Assembly: GCF_036321535.1 (NCBI RefSeq)
Contig: NC_087436.1
Location: forward strand, 66,900,001 to 66,964,000
Direction: 5' to 3'
Length of the DNA: 64,000 nt
Origin: Camelus dromedarius
Lineage: Eukaryota
The first letter of the stretch is position 1; each line of letters opens with the position of its first letter. Below the pieces are notes generated by a model. It did no database searches, was not told the origin of the DNA, and saw only the letters and a program-made list of their open reading frames with translations. A program made the position numbers and the translations under genes. Positions 12,595 through 25,406 of the stretch are shown here, in pieces.

Positions 12595-15500
12595 ATGGCA
12601 ATAAACACACATCTATCATTAATTACTGTAAATGTTAATGGACTAAATGCTCCAGTCAAAAGACACAGAGTGGCAGACTGGATAATAAAGCAAGAACCTT
12701 CAATATGCTGCATACAAGAGACCCACTTTAGGGAGAAGGACACATATAGATTGAGAGTGAAAGGATGGAAAAGGATATTCCATGCAAATGGAAAAGCCAA
12801 AAAAGCAGGTGTTGCAGTACTGATTTCAGACAAAATAGACTTTAAAACAAAGGCCATCAAGAAAGATAAAGAAGGACATTTTATAATGATTAAAGGAGTG
12901 ATACAAGATGAGGATATTACACTCGTTAATATATATGCACCCAATATAGGAGCACCTAAGTACATACAAGAATTACTAACAGAGATGAAGGGGGATATTG
13001 ATGGGAATACAATCATAGTTGGAGATTTTAACACTGCATTAACATCACTAGACAGATCTTCCAAACAGAAAATAAACAAGGCAACAGAGAAATTAAATAC
13101 TACAATAGAAAAACTAGATTTGGTGGATATTTTCAGAGCATTACACCCCCCAAAAATAGGATATACATTCTTTTCAAGTGCACATGGAACATTTTCCAGG
13201 ATCGATCATGTACTTGGGCACAAAAGAAACCTCAACAATTTTAAGAAGATAGAAATTATCTCAAGCATCTTTACTGACCACAATGCCATGAAACTGGAAA
13301 TCAACAACAGAGAAACAAAGGAGAAAAAAAGGAAAGCATGGAGATTAAACAATATGTTATTGAAAAAACAATGGATCAATGAGGAAATCAAAGCTGAAAT
13401 TAAAAAATACCTTGAGACAAATGATAATGAAAGCACAACCACTCAAAACCTATGGGACACAGCAAAGGCAGTGCTAAGAGGGAAGTTTATAGCGATACAG
13501 GCCTTCCTCAAAAAAGAAGAACAATCTCAGATAAACAATTTAACCCACCACCTGAATGAATTAGAAAAAGAAGAACAAAACGCCCCAAAAAGCAGCAGAA
13601 GGAAGGAAATAATAAAGATCAGAGGGGAATTAAATACAATAGAGATTAACAAGACCATAGAAAAAATCAACCAAACCAAAAGCTGGTTTTTTGAAAAAGT
13701 AAATAAAATCGACAAACCTCTGGCCAAACTCACAAAGAAGAAAAAAGAGAGAGCACAAATTAGCAAAATAAGAAAGGAAAATGGAGAAATTACAACAAAC
13801 AAAATAGAAATACAGAATATCATATGAGAATATTATGAAAAACTATATGGAACCAAACTGGATAACCTAGAGGAGATGGACAAGTTTCTGGAAACATACT
13901 GTCCACCAAAACTGAATCAAGAAGAATCTGAACACTTGAACAATCCGATCACTAGAAAGGAAATAGAAATAGCAATTAAAAACCTCCCTACAAATAAAAG
14001 TCCAGGACCGGACGGCTTCACCGGGGAATTCTACCTAACATACAAAGAAGAACTCATACCAGTCCTTCTCAAACTCTTCCAGACGATTGAAAAGGAGGGA
14101 ATACTCCCAAACTCATTCTATGAAGCCACCATCACCCTGATACCAAAACCAGGCAAAGACACTACAAAAAAAGAGAATTATAGGCCAATATCACTGATGA
14201 ACATAGACGCCAAAATCCTCACCAAAATTTTAGCAAATAGAATCCAACAACACATAAAAAAGATTATACATCATGACCAAGTGGGGTTCATCCCAGGGAC
14301 ACAAGGCTGGTTCAACATACGCAAATCAATCAGTGTAATACATCACATCAACAAGAGAAAGGACAAAAACCACACGATCATCTCAATCGATGCAGAAAAA
14401 GCATTTGATAAAATTCAACACCCGTTTATGATAAAAACTCTCGCCAAAGTGGGTATAGAGGGAACATATCTCAACATAATAAAAGCTATATATGACAAAC
14501 CTACAGCCAGCATAGTAGTCAACGGTGAAAAACTCAAAAGCTTCCCACTAAAATCTGGGACAAGACAAGGATGCCCACTATCACCACTCCTATTCAACAT
14601 AGTCCTGGAAGTCCTAGCCACAGCAGTCAGGCAAGAAAAAGAAATAAAAGGGATCCAAATTGGAAAAGAAGAGGTAAAAGTGTCATTATATGCTGATGAC
14701 ATGTTACTATATATAGAAAACCCTAAAAGGTCCACACAAAAGCTACTAGAGCTGATTGAAGAATTCAGCAAGGTAGCACGTTACAAAATTAACGTTTAAA
14801 AATCAGTTGCATTTCTTTACACTAACGATAAATCAACAGAAGAAAGTAAAGAAACAATCCCCTTTAAAATAGCACCCAAAGTAATAAAATATCTGGGAAT
14901 AAATCTAACCAAGGAGGTGAAAGAATTATACACAGAAAACTATAAACCACTGATGAAGGAAATTAAAGAAGACTTTAAAAAATGGAAAGATATTCCATGC
15001 TCTTGGATTGGAAGAATCAATATTGTTAAAATGGTCACATTGCCCAAGGCAATCTACAGATTTAATGCAATCCCTATCCAATTACCCAGGACATATTTCA
15101 CAGAACTAGAAAAAATCATAATAAAATTCATATGGAACCATCAAAGACCTAGAATTGCCAAAGCATTACTGAAGAGAAAGAAAGAGGCTGGAGGAATAAC
15201 TCTCCCAGACTTCAGACAATACTATAGAGCTACAGTCATCAAGACAGCATGGTATTGGTACCAAAACAGACATATAGACCAATGGAACAGAATAGAGAGC
15301 CCAGAAATGAACCCACAAACTTTTGGCCAACTAATCTTCGACAAAGGAGGCAAGAATATACATTGGAATAAAGACAGTCTCTTCAGCAAATGGTGTTGGG
15401 AAAACTGGACAGCAGCATGTAAAACAATGAAGCTAGAACACTCCCTTACACCATATACAAAAATCAACTCAAAATGGATTAAAGACTTAAACATAAGACA

Positions 15501-16389
15501 AGATACAATAAACCTCCTAGAGGAAAACATAGGCAAAACATTATCTGACATACATTTCAAAAATTTTCTCCTAGAAGAAATAAAAGCAAGAATAAACAAA
15601 TGGGACCTAATGAAACTTACAAGCTTCTGCACAGCAAAGGAAACCAGAAATAAAACAAGAAGAAAACCTACGGAATGGGAGAAAATTTTTGCAAGTGAAA
15701 CCGACAAAGGCTTGAGCTCCAGAATATATAAGCAGCTCATACGACTCAATAAGAAAAAAATAAACAACCCAATCCAAAAATGGGCAGAAGACCTAAACAA
15801 GCAATTCTCCAAGGGAGACATACAAATGATCAATAGGCACATGAAAAAATGCTCAATATCACTAATTATCAGAGAAGTGCAAATCAAAACTATGATGAGG
15901 TATCACCTCACACCACTCAGAATGGCCGTCATTCAAAAATCCACAAATGACAAATGCTGGAGAGGCTGTGGAGAAAGGGGAACCCTCCTACACTGCTGGT
16001 GGGAATACAGTTTGGTGCAGCCACTATGGAAAACAGTGTGGAGATTCCTCAAAAGACTAGGAATAGACTTACCATATGACCCAGGAATCCCACTCCTGGG
16101 CTTGTATCCAGAAGGAACCCTACTTCAGGATGACACCTGCACCCCAATGTTCATAGCAGCACTATTTACAATAGCCAAAACATGGAAACAGCCTAAATGT
16201 CCATCAACAGGTGACTGGATAAAGAAGAGGTGGTATATTTATACAATGGAATACTACTCAGCCATAAAAACCGACAACATAATGCCATTTGCAGCAACAT
16301 GGATGCTCCTGGAGAATGTCATTCTAAGTGAAGTAAGCCAGAAAGAGAAAGAAAAATACCATATGAGATCTCTCATATGTGGAATCTAA
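12595..16389 (+). pseudogene. L1 ORF2p (endonuclease/reverse transcriptase, 1264 codons) with two in-frame stops
   Basis: Three ORF pieces in one frame. Endonuclease motifs NVNGLN, QETH, GDFNT and TDHN; RT motifs PGPDGF, YRPISL, QGCPLSP and YADD. Stops are TGA 13825-13827 and TAA 14797-14799. Confidence 0.96.
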
Positions 16390-16690
16390 AAAACAAGAAC
16401 AAAAACAAACAAACAAACAAAAACAAAGCGTAAATAAAGGATAGAAATAGACTCACAGACAGAGAATACAGACCTGTGGTTACCAGGGGGGTGGAGGGTG
16501 GGAAGGGATAGACTGGGATTTCAAAATTGTAGAATAGACTACACTGTATAGCACAGGGAAATATACACAAAATGTTATGATAACTCACAGAGAAAAAAAT
16601 GTGACAATGAGTGTGTATATGTCCATGAATAACTGAAAAATTGTGCTGAACACTGGAATTTGACACAACATTGTAAAATGATTATAAATC

Positions 16691-16710
16691 AATAAAAAAT
16701 GTTAAAAAAA
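16691..16710 (+). terminator. L1 polyadenylation signal and A-rich tail
   Basis: AATAAA at 16691-16696, then AATGTTAAAAAAA up to the TSD. Confidence 0.85.
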
Positions 16711-16724
16711 ATAATGTAGTGAGG
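16711..16724 (+). repeat. L1 target-site duplication, right copy
   Basis: ATAATGTAGTGAGG directly after the A-rich tail. Confidence 0.93.
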
Positions 16725-16957
16725 AAAAAAGAAGTTCTAGTTTTAACACAAACTGACTAGATTGGAACTTGGTTGTCCAATTTACCAACTGGGAGAACTT
16801 GGACAAAGTAGTCTCTGCTTCTTGCAAATTCTCTAGCTCTAAATAAGGATAATAGTATTTTTCTCCCAAGAGTTGATAAGATTAAAAACTTGATGCAGAG
16901 GAAAACAGGTATGACCTGCAAGCAGTAGGCACTCAAAAGATGATGGCAGCTGCTATG
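16725..16957 (+). mobile_element. MIR SINE body; its 5' head lies at ~9594-9618, on the other side of the L1
   Basis: Degenerate MIR core (AACTTGGACAAAGTA, AAATAAGGATAATAGTA) and 3' end AGTAGGCACTCAA. Confidence 0.6.
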
Positions 16958-19900
16958 ACTGGCAGGGAAAAGTGAAGTTTCCTGAACACCTGCTGCTGGG
17001 GCCCACTGTCTGCCACTCTCCCTATGGCCAGGTCCCTCCATTTAGGCTCGAATTCTAGTGGTTCAAATCCACATCCTCATTCCCCTTTGACTCTAGTAAA
17101 CACAACACATTCTGTTCCTTGCAAATGTAAAACAGAAAACCAACAGGCAAATTCTGCTTCTGGAATGATTTACTTTTTAAAAAATTCAGACCTCAAAGAG
17201 ATCTTTATCCCAAGAGAGAATATGGACTGAACATACAGATAGTAATTTTTTTAAAGTTTAGTTTAGTGTATTAATGACAGTTTTATTAAGGGCAACCATA
17301 GGAACATGGAATAAGAATAATCTATCTTATACTGCTGAACAAATGGCATGAAGTGTGTAAATGGTTTCACCAAAGAGCATTTCCTGTCACTCCTACTAGA
17401 GGCTCAGGGTGTGCCTGAAGTGTCTGTGGATCTAGAGAAAGATGAAAAGCTTGTTGTTTTTTCTTAGGAGAATAAATAAGACTCTAGCTTTGATAGGTAT
17501 TAATTATGCATGATCTTACATAGTTCCTTCCACTCTATCATTAGTCTGTCCAGGAATGGGTCAAAGATTTTATGCTAAAAGAACTTCCTTAAAAATATAA
17601 TTAAAATTCTTAAAAATGAACAGAAAAATAGAAAAAGAAGAGGTAGGAGGAGCAGGAGGGAGAGAAACTAGAAGAAAGATGGAGAAAATCATTTGTTCAA
17701 AAATAATTCATTAAAGGAATGAAGATAGGTCTTTTATGTGTCAGTTAGCATTAAAGAAGACAGAAATAAGCCCGGATATGACAAAAATGATCCTTCTTTA
17801 ATTATTCTTAGGTGGATGTGAAACAGAAATATAGTCATAATTCCATTTGCTTCTATAATCATGTACTGCAAGCAGGGGAAGGGAATGGTATGTTCTGATA
17901 GCTGTTCCAAGAGGTTAAAAACAGCTGCAATCTGATCAGTAGAGATGTTAAAATTTCACGATATCACAGAGGAAGAGTTTTGGAAGAAAGCAGGAGGCTT
18001 TAAATTAGGCTTTTCAACTTTCCAAGAAACTTTCTTGAAAACATACTGTTTTCAAAACCTGACTCATTCTGCCAATGCTTCACTCTGTCATTGTTCTTCT
18101 TGTTACTGTGAATCATGTTAGTGATGATCGCACCTTTTATTCCATGTTATAATCATATAATAAGCTAAATAATAAGCTAAGTATCTTTGCACCTATTGTG
18201 CAAATAAAATTTGCACATGACTACTGTATTTTTCCCAATAAGTGCCTTTGAAAAACCATTCTATTCTGAGATCATTTCTACAATGTAAAATCTACAAAAA
18301 AAAAAAAGGCATTTACATAATGTGTTTGTTCTATAAGGATGTTCTACTGAAAGGAAGAAGATACTGACAAAGTTAGCACCAGTCATGAAATTAATCACAC
18401 TGAAACAAATGTCAGGAACACACAGACACTTAACGAATGTCATAAACAGGTGAGCAGCAACGAGGCATGTGTTAATACTATAGTTAATTGCATAGACCAA
18501 AGGGTATATTCTCAAAGCCTGAAATGTATTCTTAAAAGTTCTATTTTCCAAATGGAAGAAATATGATCATGAAAGCTTATTTCTTCTCAAAGGAATCAAG
18601 TTGTCTCTTGTCTTGCACACCTCATGTAAATAATGGGATCTGACACCAGCCTAAATTTGTCACTGACAGTTCTATAGTTCAATAAGCAATCATTTTTCTC
18701 CCCTCTCTGAACACCTAGTCTCCCCTGAGTTTGGTGCCCAGAGGATGTCTTTTCACTGAGTGTTTAAAAAATAATTTATATGTTGACATTCTGAAAAATT
18801 ACAGTAAAATAAAAAACACAGGACAACAGGTTAATTTTTTTACAGATGAGAAACATTTCAAAAGACTCCTGCAAACATGAATTTCCAGTCCCAGGTCACT
18901 CTTACACCACTAATCATGCAATAATTAGAATATTGCAGGAATTTATTTGACACCTGGCTGGTTTCACCTAGGCTCTTAGAATGCCACATTGTAGGACAGA
19001 AAGTCATGGGTACTTAACCCAGTTATCCCTCTTGAATGCCTTTTCTCTCCCTATTCTTTTTCCCTTTGTAATGGTATGACTTTCTAAGCTCCACCCCCAT
19101 CCCATCCCCACCCCAGAATCATACAGCAGTCACTTTTTAATGAAAAATCCTTTTAAAGTGTTAGTCACTAAACACATTGAAGTGTTAGGTCTGGTTGCTG
19201 ACTTCTGTTCAATGAAAGGAAAGAAACACTTTTCAACAAAGGAAAGACTTTGATGATGACTTGATCCTGAGACAACTAAAGTACAACTCTATGCCTCTCT
19301 CTCTCTCTTTCTTTCTAATCCCCATCCCTCCCTCTCCCTCGTTCCTTTTTCTCCTTGTCCTTTTTCTTTCCCTTCCTCTCTCTCTCTTCCCTCTTTTTTT
19401 TTTCTATCTTTTTTCTCTATTTTTAAGAAAAAATTCCATTCAGTTTTGTTTTTCCTAAGTCTCCAATCTGTGTTTTTCCTCTAAACTATGTTTAAATAGA
19501 CAAGAAAAGAAAGTTCAATCATGATGGAAAAACTACTTTGTGCTCATAAAACTATTGCAGATACTATTATTATCATTAATATATTTATTATCAAAGAAGT
19601 ACAGTTTTAACCAGGATCATTTTTTTCTGCCCTAGTAATGTTGGAATTGCTAATTGAAAGAAATATGATGTCAAAGAACTAGGCATCTGTGATTCTTTAG
19701 TAAGTGTATTCTTGCTACTTTCTTTTCATTTAATTTGTCTCTTTCTCTTCTCGCTGTTTATACAGTTTAGATGGGATTTCACTTACTGAAGGCAGTACCC
19801 CAGGGATCTGGTAACCCCTAACAGATGGAATCTCCATTTTTCAAAGTTACCCATTACTTTTGGTCAGGTAACTACAAAGATTGTTGTCTTGACTAATATA

Positions 19901-20423
19901 TCTCAAAGTAGAAAGATGGGATCAATATGTGATGCCAAGGCTTGAATAATGCTTATCCAAAATAAGACAAATTGTTATCAATCACTACTTGCACCTACAA
20001 GTCCAGGAGGGAGACAAGATTCATAGAATTTAACTAGCAGCACAAAATTTTCATATAATGGGATATGAAAAAACTAGAAAACACAAAACAAAGAATTCGG
20101 AAGTTCAGAATGAGTGACTGCTGAGAGAGAATAAGGTGAAAATGGAAAGAGCAAACTATTTTTAACCCTAGGTGATTTTCCATGTGACAAAAGACATAAT
20201 GTTGCAGCATACAAAAGCTACCACTCTTTATAGATCCAACAGAAGCATTCATGTGAGGCCAATGATTTCATTTGCTAGGATCAACTCACATGGTTTGGAA
20301 CAAAAACCTGCTGGCAACCGTAGACCAGTGGTCTAATGACAGGAGGTACAATTTGACACATCTGCTGCTGGAGTCAACTGTAGAGCAGGATTGGAAAGGT
20401 AGAGGGCTACTTAACACCACACT

Positions 20424-20616
20424 CAGTGGTACCCTAAAGCATAGGTCTGAAAGGGCCACACAGTAAATATTTACAGCTTCACAAGCCATAAGGTTTCTGT
20501 CCCAACCACTCAACTCTGAGTTGTACCTTGAAATTAGGAACTGACAATAGGTAAATAATATATCAGTGAGCTCTGGGTGGGATTTGGCCCATGTACCTGC
20601 ATTTGAATGACCCCTG
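20424..20616 (+). mobile_element. hAT-Charlie MITE (MER58A-like)
   Basis: AAAGGGCCA-CAGTAAATATTT, CCACTCAACTCTG, GATTTGGCCC and terminal GACCCCTG. Confidence 0.8.
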
Positions 20617-22079
20617 TCCCAAAGAATCACACTTCAGTGAACATTTAAAATTATTTTATTATTTTTTAATTTGTATTTTATGAGTAAATGAAGATGCAGT
20701 GAGAATTTAGAAGTGCCGGGATGCTCACTTCTGACTGCCATACATTATACACAGCATTCATGATAGAGGCACGTAGAGAATTTAATAATTAATCAAGCTG
20801 CAGCTATATGGGACACTAAACAAATATGTATGTGTCCCATCATTAATATTTCCTTCTATTCTACACTAAGAAAAGGCATCAAGAAAAGCTGTGCTGAAAA
20901 TTGAGAATTATGGTTAAAGAGGAATGTGCTTGGTATTGCTTTTAAAGGAATACAGCTCTGCATATTTGCATACAATTTTTTTCCTGAATTTAAATAAACA
21001 CCTATTTTTCTAATGGTTCTTCTTTGTTTTTGAACAAATATATTGCACTTACTCATTTTCTCTGTAGCACAGTATCTCCTGACTGAAACATCCTTTCAGA
21101 TATTTTAGCAATTATCCACTGATTTGCAAAAGTGATTTATAATGCCAGGTTTCTGATTTTGTTCAAAGTAAGCAAGTGAGACTCTAATTCTATGACACTA
21201 AAGTACCCCCAAAGCATAGACTGTCTTAATCTCATTCGGATAGTAAGGAGAAATGATAATATCTACGAACTTCAAGATCCCTAAAGTCTAATTCTACAAA
21301 AAACAAATATCAGTATTATTGTAAGCAATTATTGTTTCTAGTAATCACCAAAAGGCATGTTATTTTTAGGAGGTAACACTTTGAAAAAACTTTACTAATT
21401 CAAGTCAACATTGCCCAACTTGCAAAATAACTTGTCTGCATAACACATTTATTGAAAAATTTCAACCTCTTCTCTAACAGAATAATCATTCATAAGCCCC
21501 CATGTGACTGGAAGCAAGAGTTCTGTAATGGAAATGTCACTGCAACCTTAAATATAGCGTTCGCCACTGTGAAAACTGTAATAACAGATGCTCAAGAACG
21601 CCTGGTGTGATGAATCAATGCAGGGAAAGAAGGAGAGAAAGAAGTCTGTGTAGGTGTTTGTGTGGAGTCGGTGGGGAGAGTGAGTTACAAACACAGGCGT
21701 AAACAGATGGCAGTGGCAGAGGCATTCTGGGATAAATTTGACTTTTTACACCCTGGGACTTCTCTGCTACCTGCAGTTACCTATACATCAATTGGACAAA
21801 ATAATGAAGATTCAAAGGCAAGTGGGGAAAAAAGAAAGAAACAAGAGTGACTTTACTGCTGTCACTTTGGTGATGAGAACAAAAGAAAGCAGGTAATAAA
21901 AAAGGGCAAATGAGACAGGGAAGCTGTTTTGAAAAAGGTCAGTCAATATACATTGACTGGGCTCCCTGACATATTTCATGGTCTAAAATAGTTCATAATC
22001 CATTAATTTTTATTTCTCCTACTGTTGTATTATACACAACATTCTGGGTACAAGAAAAACAGATTTTAAAAACAGTTGT

Positions 22080-24250
22080 GGACTTACTTCCTCATTTTAC
22101 ATGATGAAATAGGTAATTTAGGCTAACTTTGCCTCTTAGAAAAAGTTTAAAAAGCGGAACAAAATACTTAAGAATATCTCTTTGATGTTTGGAGACACTT
22201 TCTGTAGCAGCATTTTGGATCCCCAAACTGAAAGGTTAAGTGGCCCTTTTGACAGTCACATAGGGTTAGGGAAAGAAAGACTGGAATCTAGGGCCCCCAG
22301 AAGACAGGGGCCTAGGGACGCCAGGTAAACTGTATTGCATTGAAACGTGATCCTGAAAGGCTGTAGTCTAGGCAAAACCAGAGGCAGTCTCTCACAGAAT
22401 TCTGCCCAGCTCTAGATTATCTCCTTCCCTGAAAACAGACCGAGAAGATCTCAGATTACGAGTACCACAAATCCTAGGTCAAAAACAGATATTCTCTGTA
22501 GAAGGAAATACTATCATCCTTCAAATCAAATAATCACACAGTTTTGCAAATAAAGTACACAATATATAATCAAAAATAAGAAGGACCACAAGATAGGGCA
22601 AAATGAATAAAAGCCAGCCAGCCCAAAACAATCAGCAATATCAACAAATTTACAGGGACTGTAGTTATTGATATCAGTAGACATGGATATGAAATAACTA
22701 TAACTATTTTAAAATAGCTATATAATTATACATTTAATACAAAAAATACAAGAATAAGATTCTTTGTAGAAATTTGAAAATTTTATTTTAAAATGGTAAA
22801 GCGTAATAAAATTAGGAACTTAATGAATGGGGTAAGAGCAAATTAGAGAAAGTAGAAGAGTTAGTGGACTGGAACATAAGTAAGAGAGAAAAATTTCCCG
22901 ATTGAAATTAAGAGAAAAGAATTGGAAAATGTAGAAGACAAGGTATGAGACAAAGATAATACCCTGGGAAGTACGAACATATTTCTAACTGGAGTCAGAG
23001 AAAGGGGGAAGAAATAAGATGAGTCAGAAGTAATGTTTAATAGAGTAAGGGCCAATAAATTTGCAAACATGATGAAAAATGTGAAACCAACAACTTCAAG
23101 AAACTTTATAAATTCTAAGCAAGAAAATGTAAAGTAATACATTTGGGGAGATTATTATCTATGTGTCATGTTTCTCCATGCCTTATAAGCAGAAGCACTG
23201 ACTGGTTAAGTTCTAGACTGATCTTTACGTGGATGTTTGTATAGCAAACATCCTTGGATAGCAGAGTAAGTGCCCCACTCTAGATCAAAGAAAGGTTATG
23301 TATGCTCCAGTGTAACAGAAGTACAGATATGAAGTCTCATGTTTCCTCAACACAATGCCTCTCACCTAAAATGCAACCCATGGAGTTTGCAGGTGTCACC
23401 TGGCACTCTGCTTCTCTATCTGGGAATTGAGGCTCAGGGAATTGGCACAATGAGCAGCATTTAGCCACTGGTAATGAGGTGAATGATAAAGTCCTTTTCC
23501 TCTGACCTAGGAGTATCCTGTCCTCTATCAGTATCCATGAAACTCTGGCAAGATAATTGTATTAGCTTGAAAATGAATTAAAAATAGCAGATCCTTCGCA
23601 ATTCTTGACATATATGCCCAGTAAAAATGCAAAAACCCAAGACAAAAAAAAAATCTGATTATCAGTCAAATAAAATGGCAGATTATTTTCAAATGAGAAA
23701 AAGTATACTAACAACTGAATTTTCAATAGAAATCATGAAAGCAAGAAGATAATGGGATGATGTCATCAAGTCCGGAGGAAAATTCTGACAACCTGGAATT
23801 CTATAATCAGCAAAAACATCCCCAATATTCAGGATGATTTTCAGACAAACAAATTAAGAAAATTTATTACCGGTAGAACTAAGTCTTAAGGAATCCTAAA
23901 AGGTATTCTTCTGGCAGCAGGAATATGATTATACATGGAAGGACTTAGATGCAAGAATGATGACAAATAGCAAGTATGTAAGTATATGGCAAATTTTAAA
24001 TTAATATTGATACAGCAATTATAGTGTGTGTTGTTTGAAGCATAGACCCAGTTAAAGTAAAAGATAGCAATGGCTTCAGTTTGGAAAAGAGTGGTGGTAC
24101 TAAGTGTTCTAAGGTGCTCTTTTTTCTGGAAAGAAGGTTAAAGTAACAAATACTCTTCTTTAATACGAAAGGGATGCATGCTGTAATCTCTGGAACAGCC
24201 CTTACACTTTTATTTACTAATAAGAAAATAGAAAAGACAAAAAATTGAAT
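22080..24250 (+). mobile_element. Old, decayed L1 5' portion (5'UTR/ORF1 remnant) split by an LTR; boundaries approximate
   Basis: A-rich sequence with degenerate ORF1 motifs at ~22800-23140 and ~23615-23920 (DFS.E.MKARR.W.D and QPGIL equivalents). Confidence 0.7.
23142..23610 (+). mobile_element. Solo ERV1-type LTR (MER31/MER67-like) nested in the old L1
   Basis: Sharp composition change, degenerate polyA signal GATAAAGTCC, end at TTCTTGACA, and possible 4-bp TSD TACA/TATA. The L1 ORF1 remnant resumes on both sides. Confidence 0.65.
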
Positions 24251-24479
24251 TAAATTTCCTACATAAAATGTCTTGCTAATGAAGAGATTAATAGGCCAAC
24301 TAGATCAAGGTTATAGTATATTTTTTATTTGTACATAAAAAGATTAATGTTAAAGTTTAAAAAAATCTTGTATATGCCCAAACTAACTTTGATATACAGG
24401 AGTATTTCTTTTAGACAAATAAAAATTAAAATAAGTCCCTGTCATGTAAGGATTACTAATAATTCCCTAAGGTGTCTTT

Positions 24480-24502
24480 GAACTACACTTCCCAGAAGTC
24501 CC
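24480..24502 (+). promoter_or_regulatory. ZNF143/THAP11-type (ACTACA-N2-TCCCAG) motif
   Basis: GAACTACACTTCCCAGAAGTCCC closely matches RACTACAnTTCCCAGAAKGC. Motif match only. Confidence 0.4.
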
Positions 24503-25248
24503 AAAAGCACACTTTACATTTATTTATAAAACTAAGTATGTTACGGCATTAAAGACTGTATATATGAATACATGATGGTATTATTACATAAATATCATAA
24601 GCTTAAAACATTTGGCATTCAAAACATACACAAAAATTCTTAGATATTTTTCTCAAAGCACACCAAAGAATATTTCATATTTATTAATAATCATCACTAT
24701 TAAAGTATTATTTTTACTTGCTTTACTAAACTGAATAAAATATAACATAAGGAAAGAAAAATAATTTTTAAAAAGTGAGATTATTTTTAGAGACAAGTTG
24801 CCATTTCTTCAAACCTTTTGTTTCGTGGGTGGTGGGTGGTGAGTGGTGGGGGAGAGGTGTTCATTTTCCTCTTCACTCCAGTCATTAAATCAACATGAAA
24901 ATAGGCTAAAGCATAAGAAATTGCTGATATTCATCTATTTTGACATGTGAAAAATGAGTATTTCACTTGATTAAGATATTAATAACATTTCAACATGTTT
25001 GAGGCCCTGAGTTCTGTGAACTATCATGATTGAAATAGATACTATTTTCTGACACTGGCAACCCAGTAGTTTTTAACTTCCTATTAAAAGGAATGACTAA
25101 CTAAAAACTCTTCTGAGTCCAGCATGAACGAATCAATGCCACAAGTATCAGTCATTAAAAAAAAGCCGAGATTTGAAGATTCCTACTAAGTTACAGAACA
25201 CATTATATTTACTCTCAGAAAAGGTAACTGCTATTTATGCATGAATGC

Positions 25249-25270
25249 TATATATATATATATATATATA
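25249..25270. repeat. (TA)n microsatellite
   Basis: Directly visible. Confidence 0.95.
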
Positions 25271-25274
25271 GGTG

Positions 25275-25406
25275 TAGAGAAAACATATAATTTATTATCC
25301 GAAACAATTCCCTTTTAAAAGGGAAAAGAATCACTTTTCAACAAGTACCCAGAGGCAACAGTGTAATTCAGAACACTTTTGGGAAAATGGGATGTATGTT
25401 TACCCT
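25275..25406 (+). mobile_element. hAT-Blackjack MITE (MER94-like); strand nominal
   Basis: CATATAATTTATTATCCGAAAC ... GGGATGTATGTTTACCCT resembles MER94. Confidence 0.6.

Larger units (their letters stand above)
9619..16710 (+). mobile_element. Full-length LINE-1 retrotransposon, young and nearly intact but inactivated
   Basis: GC-rich 5'UTR starting GG...AAGATGGCGG, ORF1, spacer, ORF2 (APE endonuclease, RT, Cys-rich domain), 3'UTR with G-rich tract, AATAAA and A-rich tail. Flanked by the direct repeat ATAATGTAGTGAGG. Confidence 0.97.

Noticed and set aside
11392..15887. Hydrophobic minus-strand ORFs of 78-221 aa inside the L1
   Set aside because: Antisense shadows of A-rich L1 coding sequence, a common artefact.
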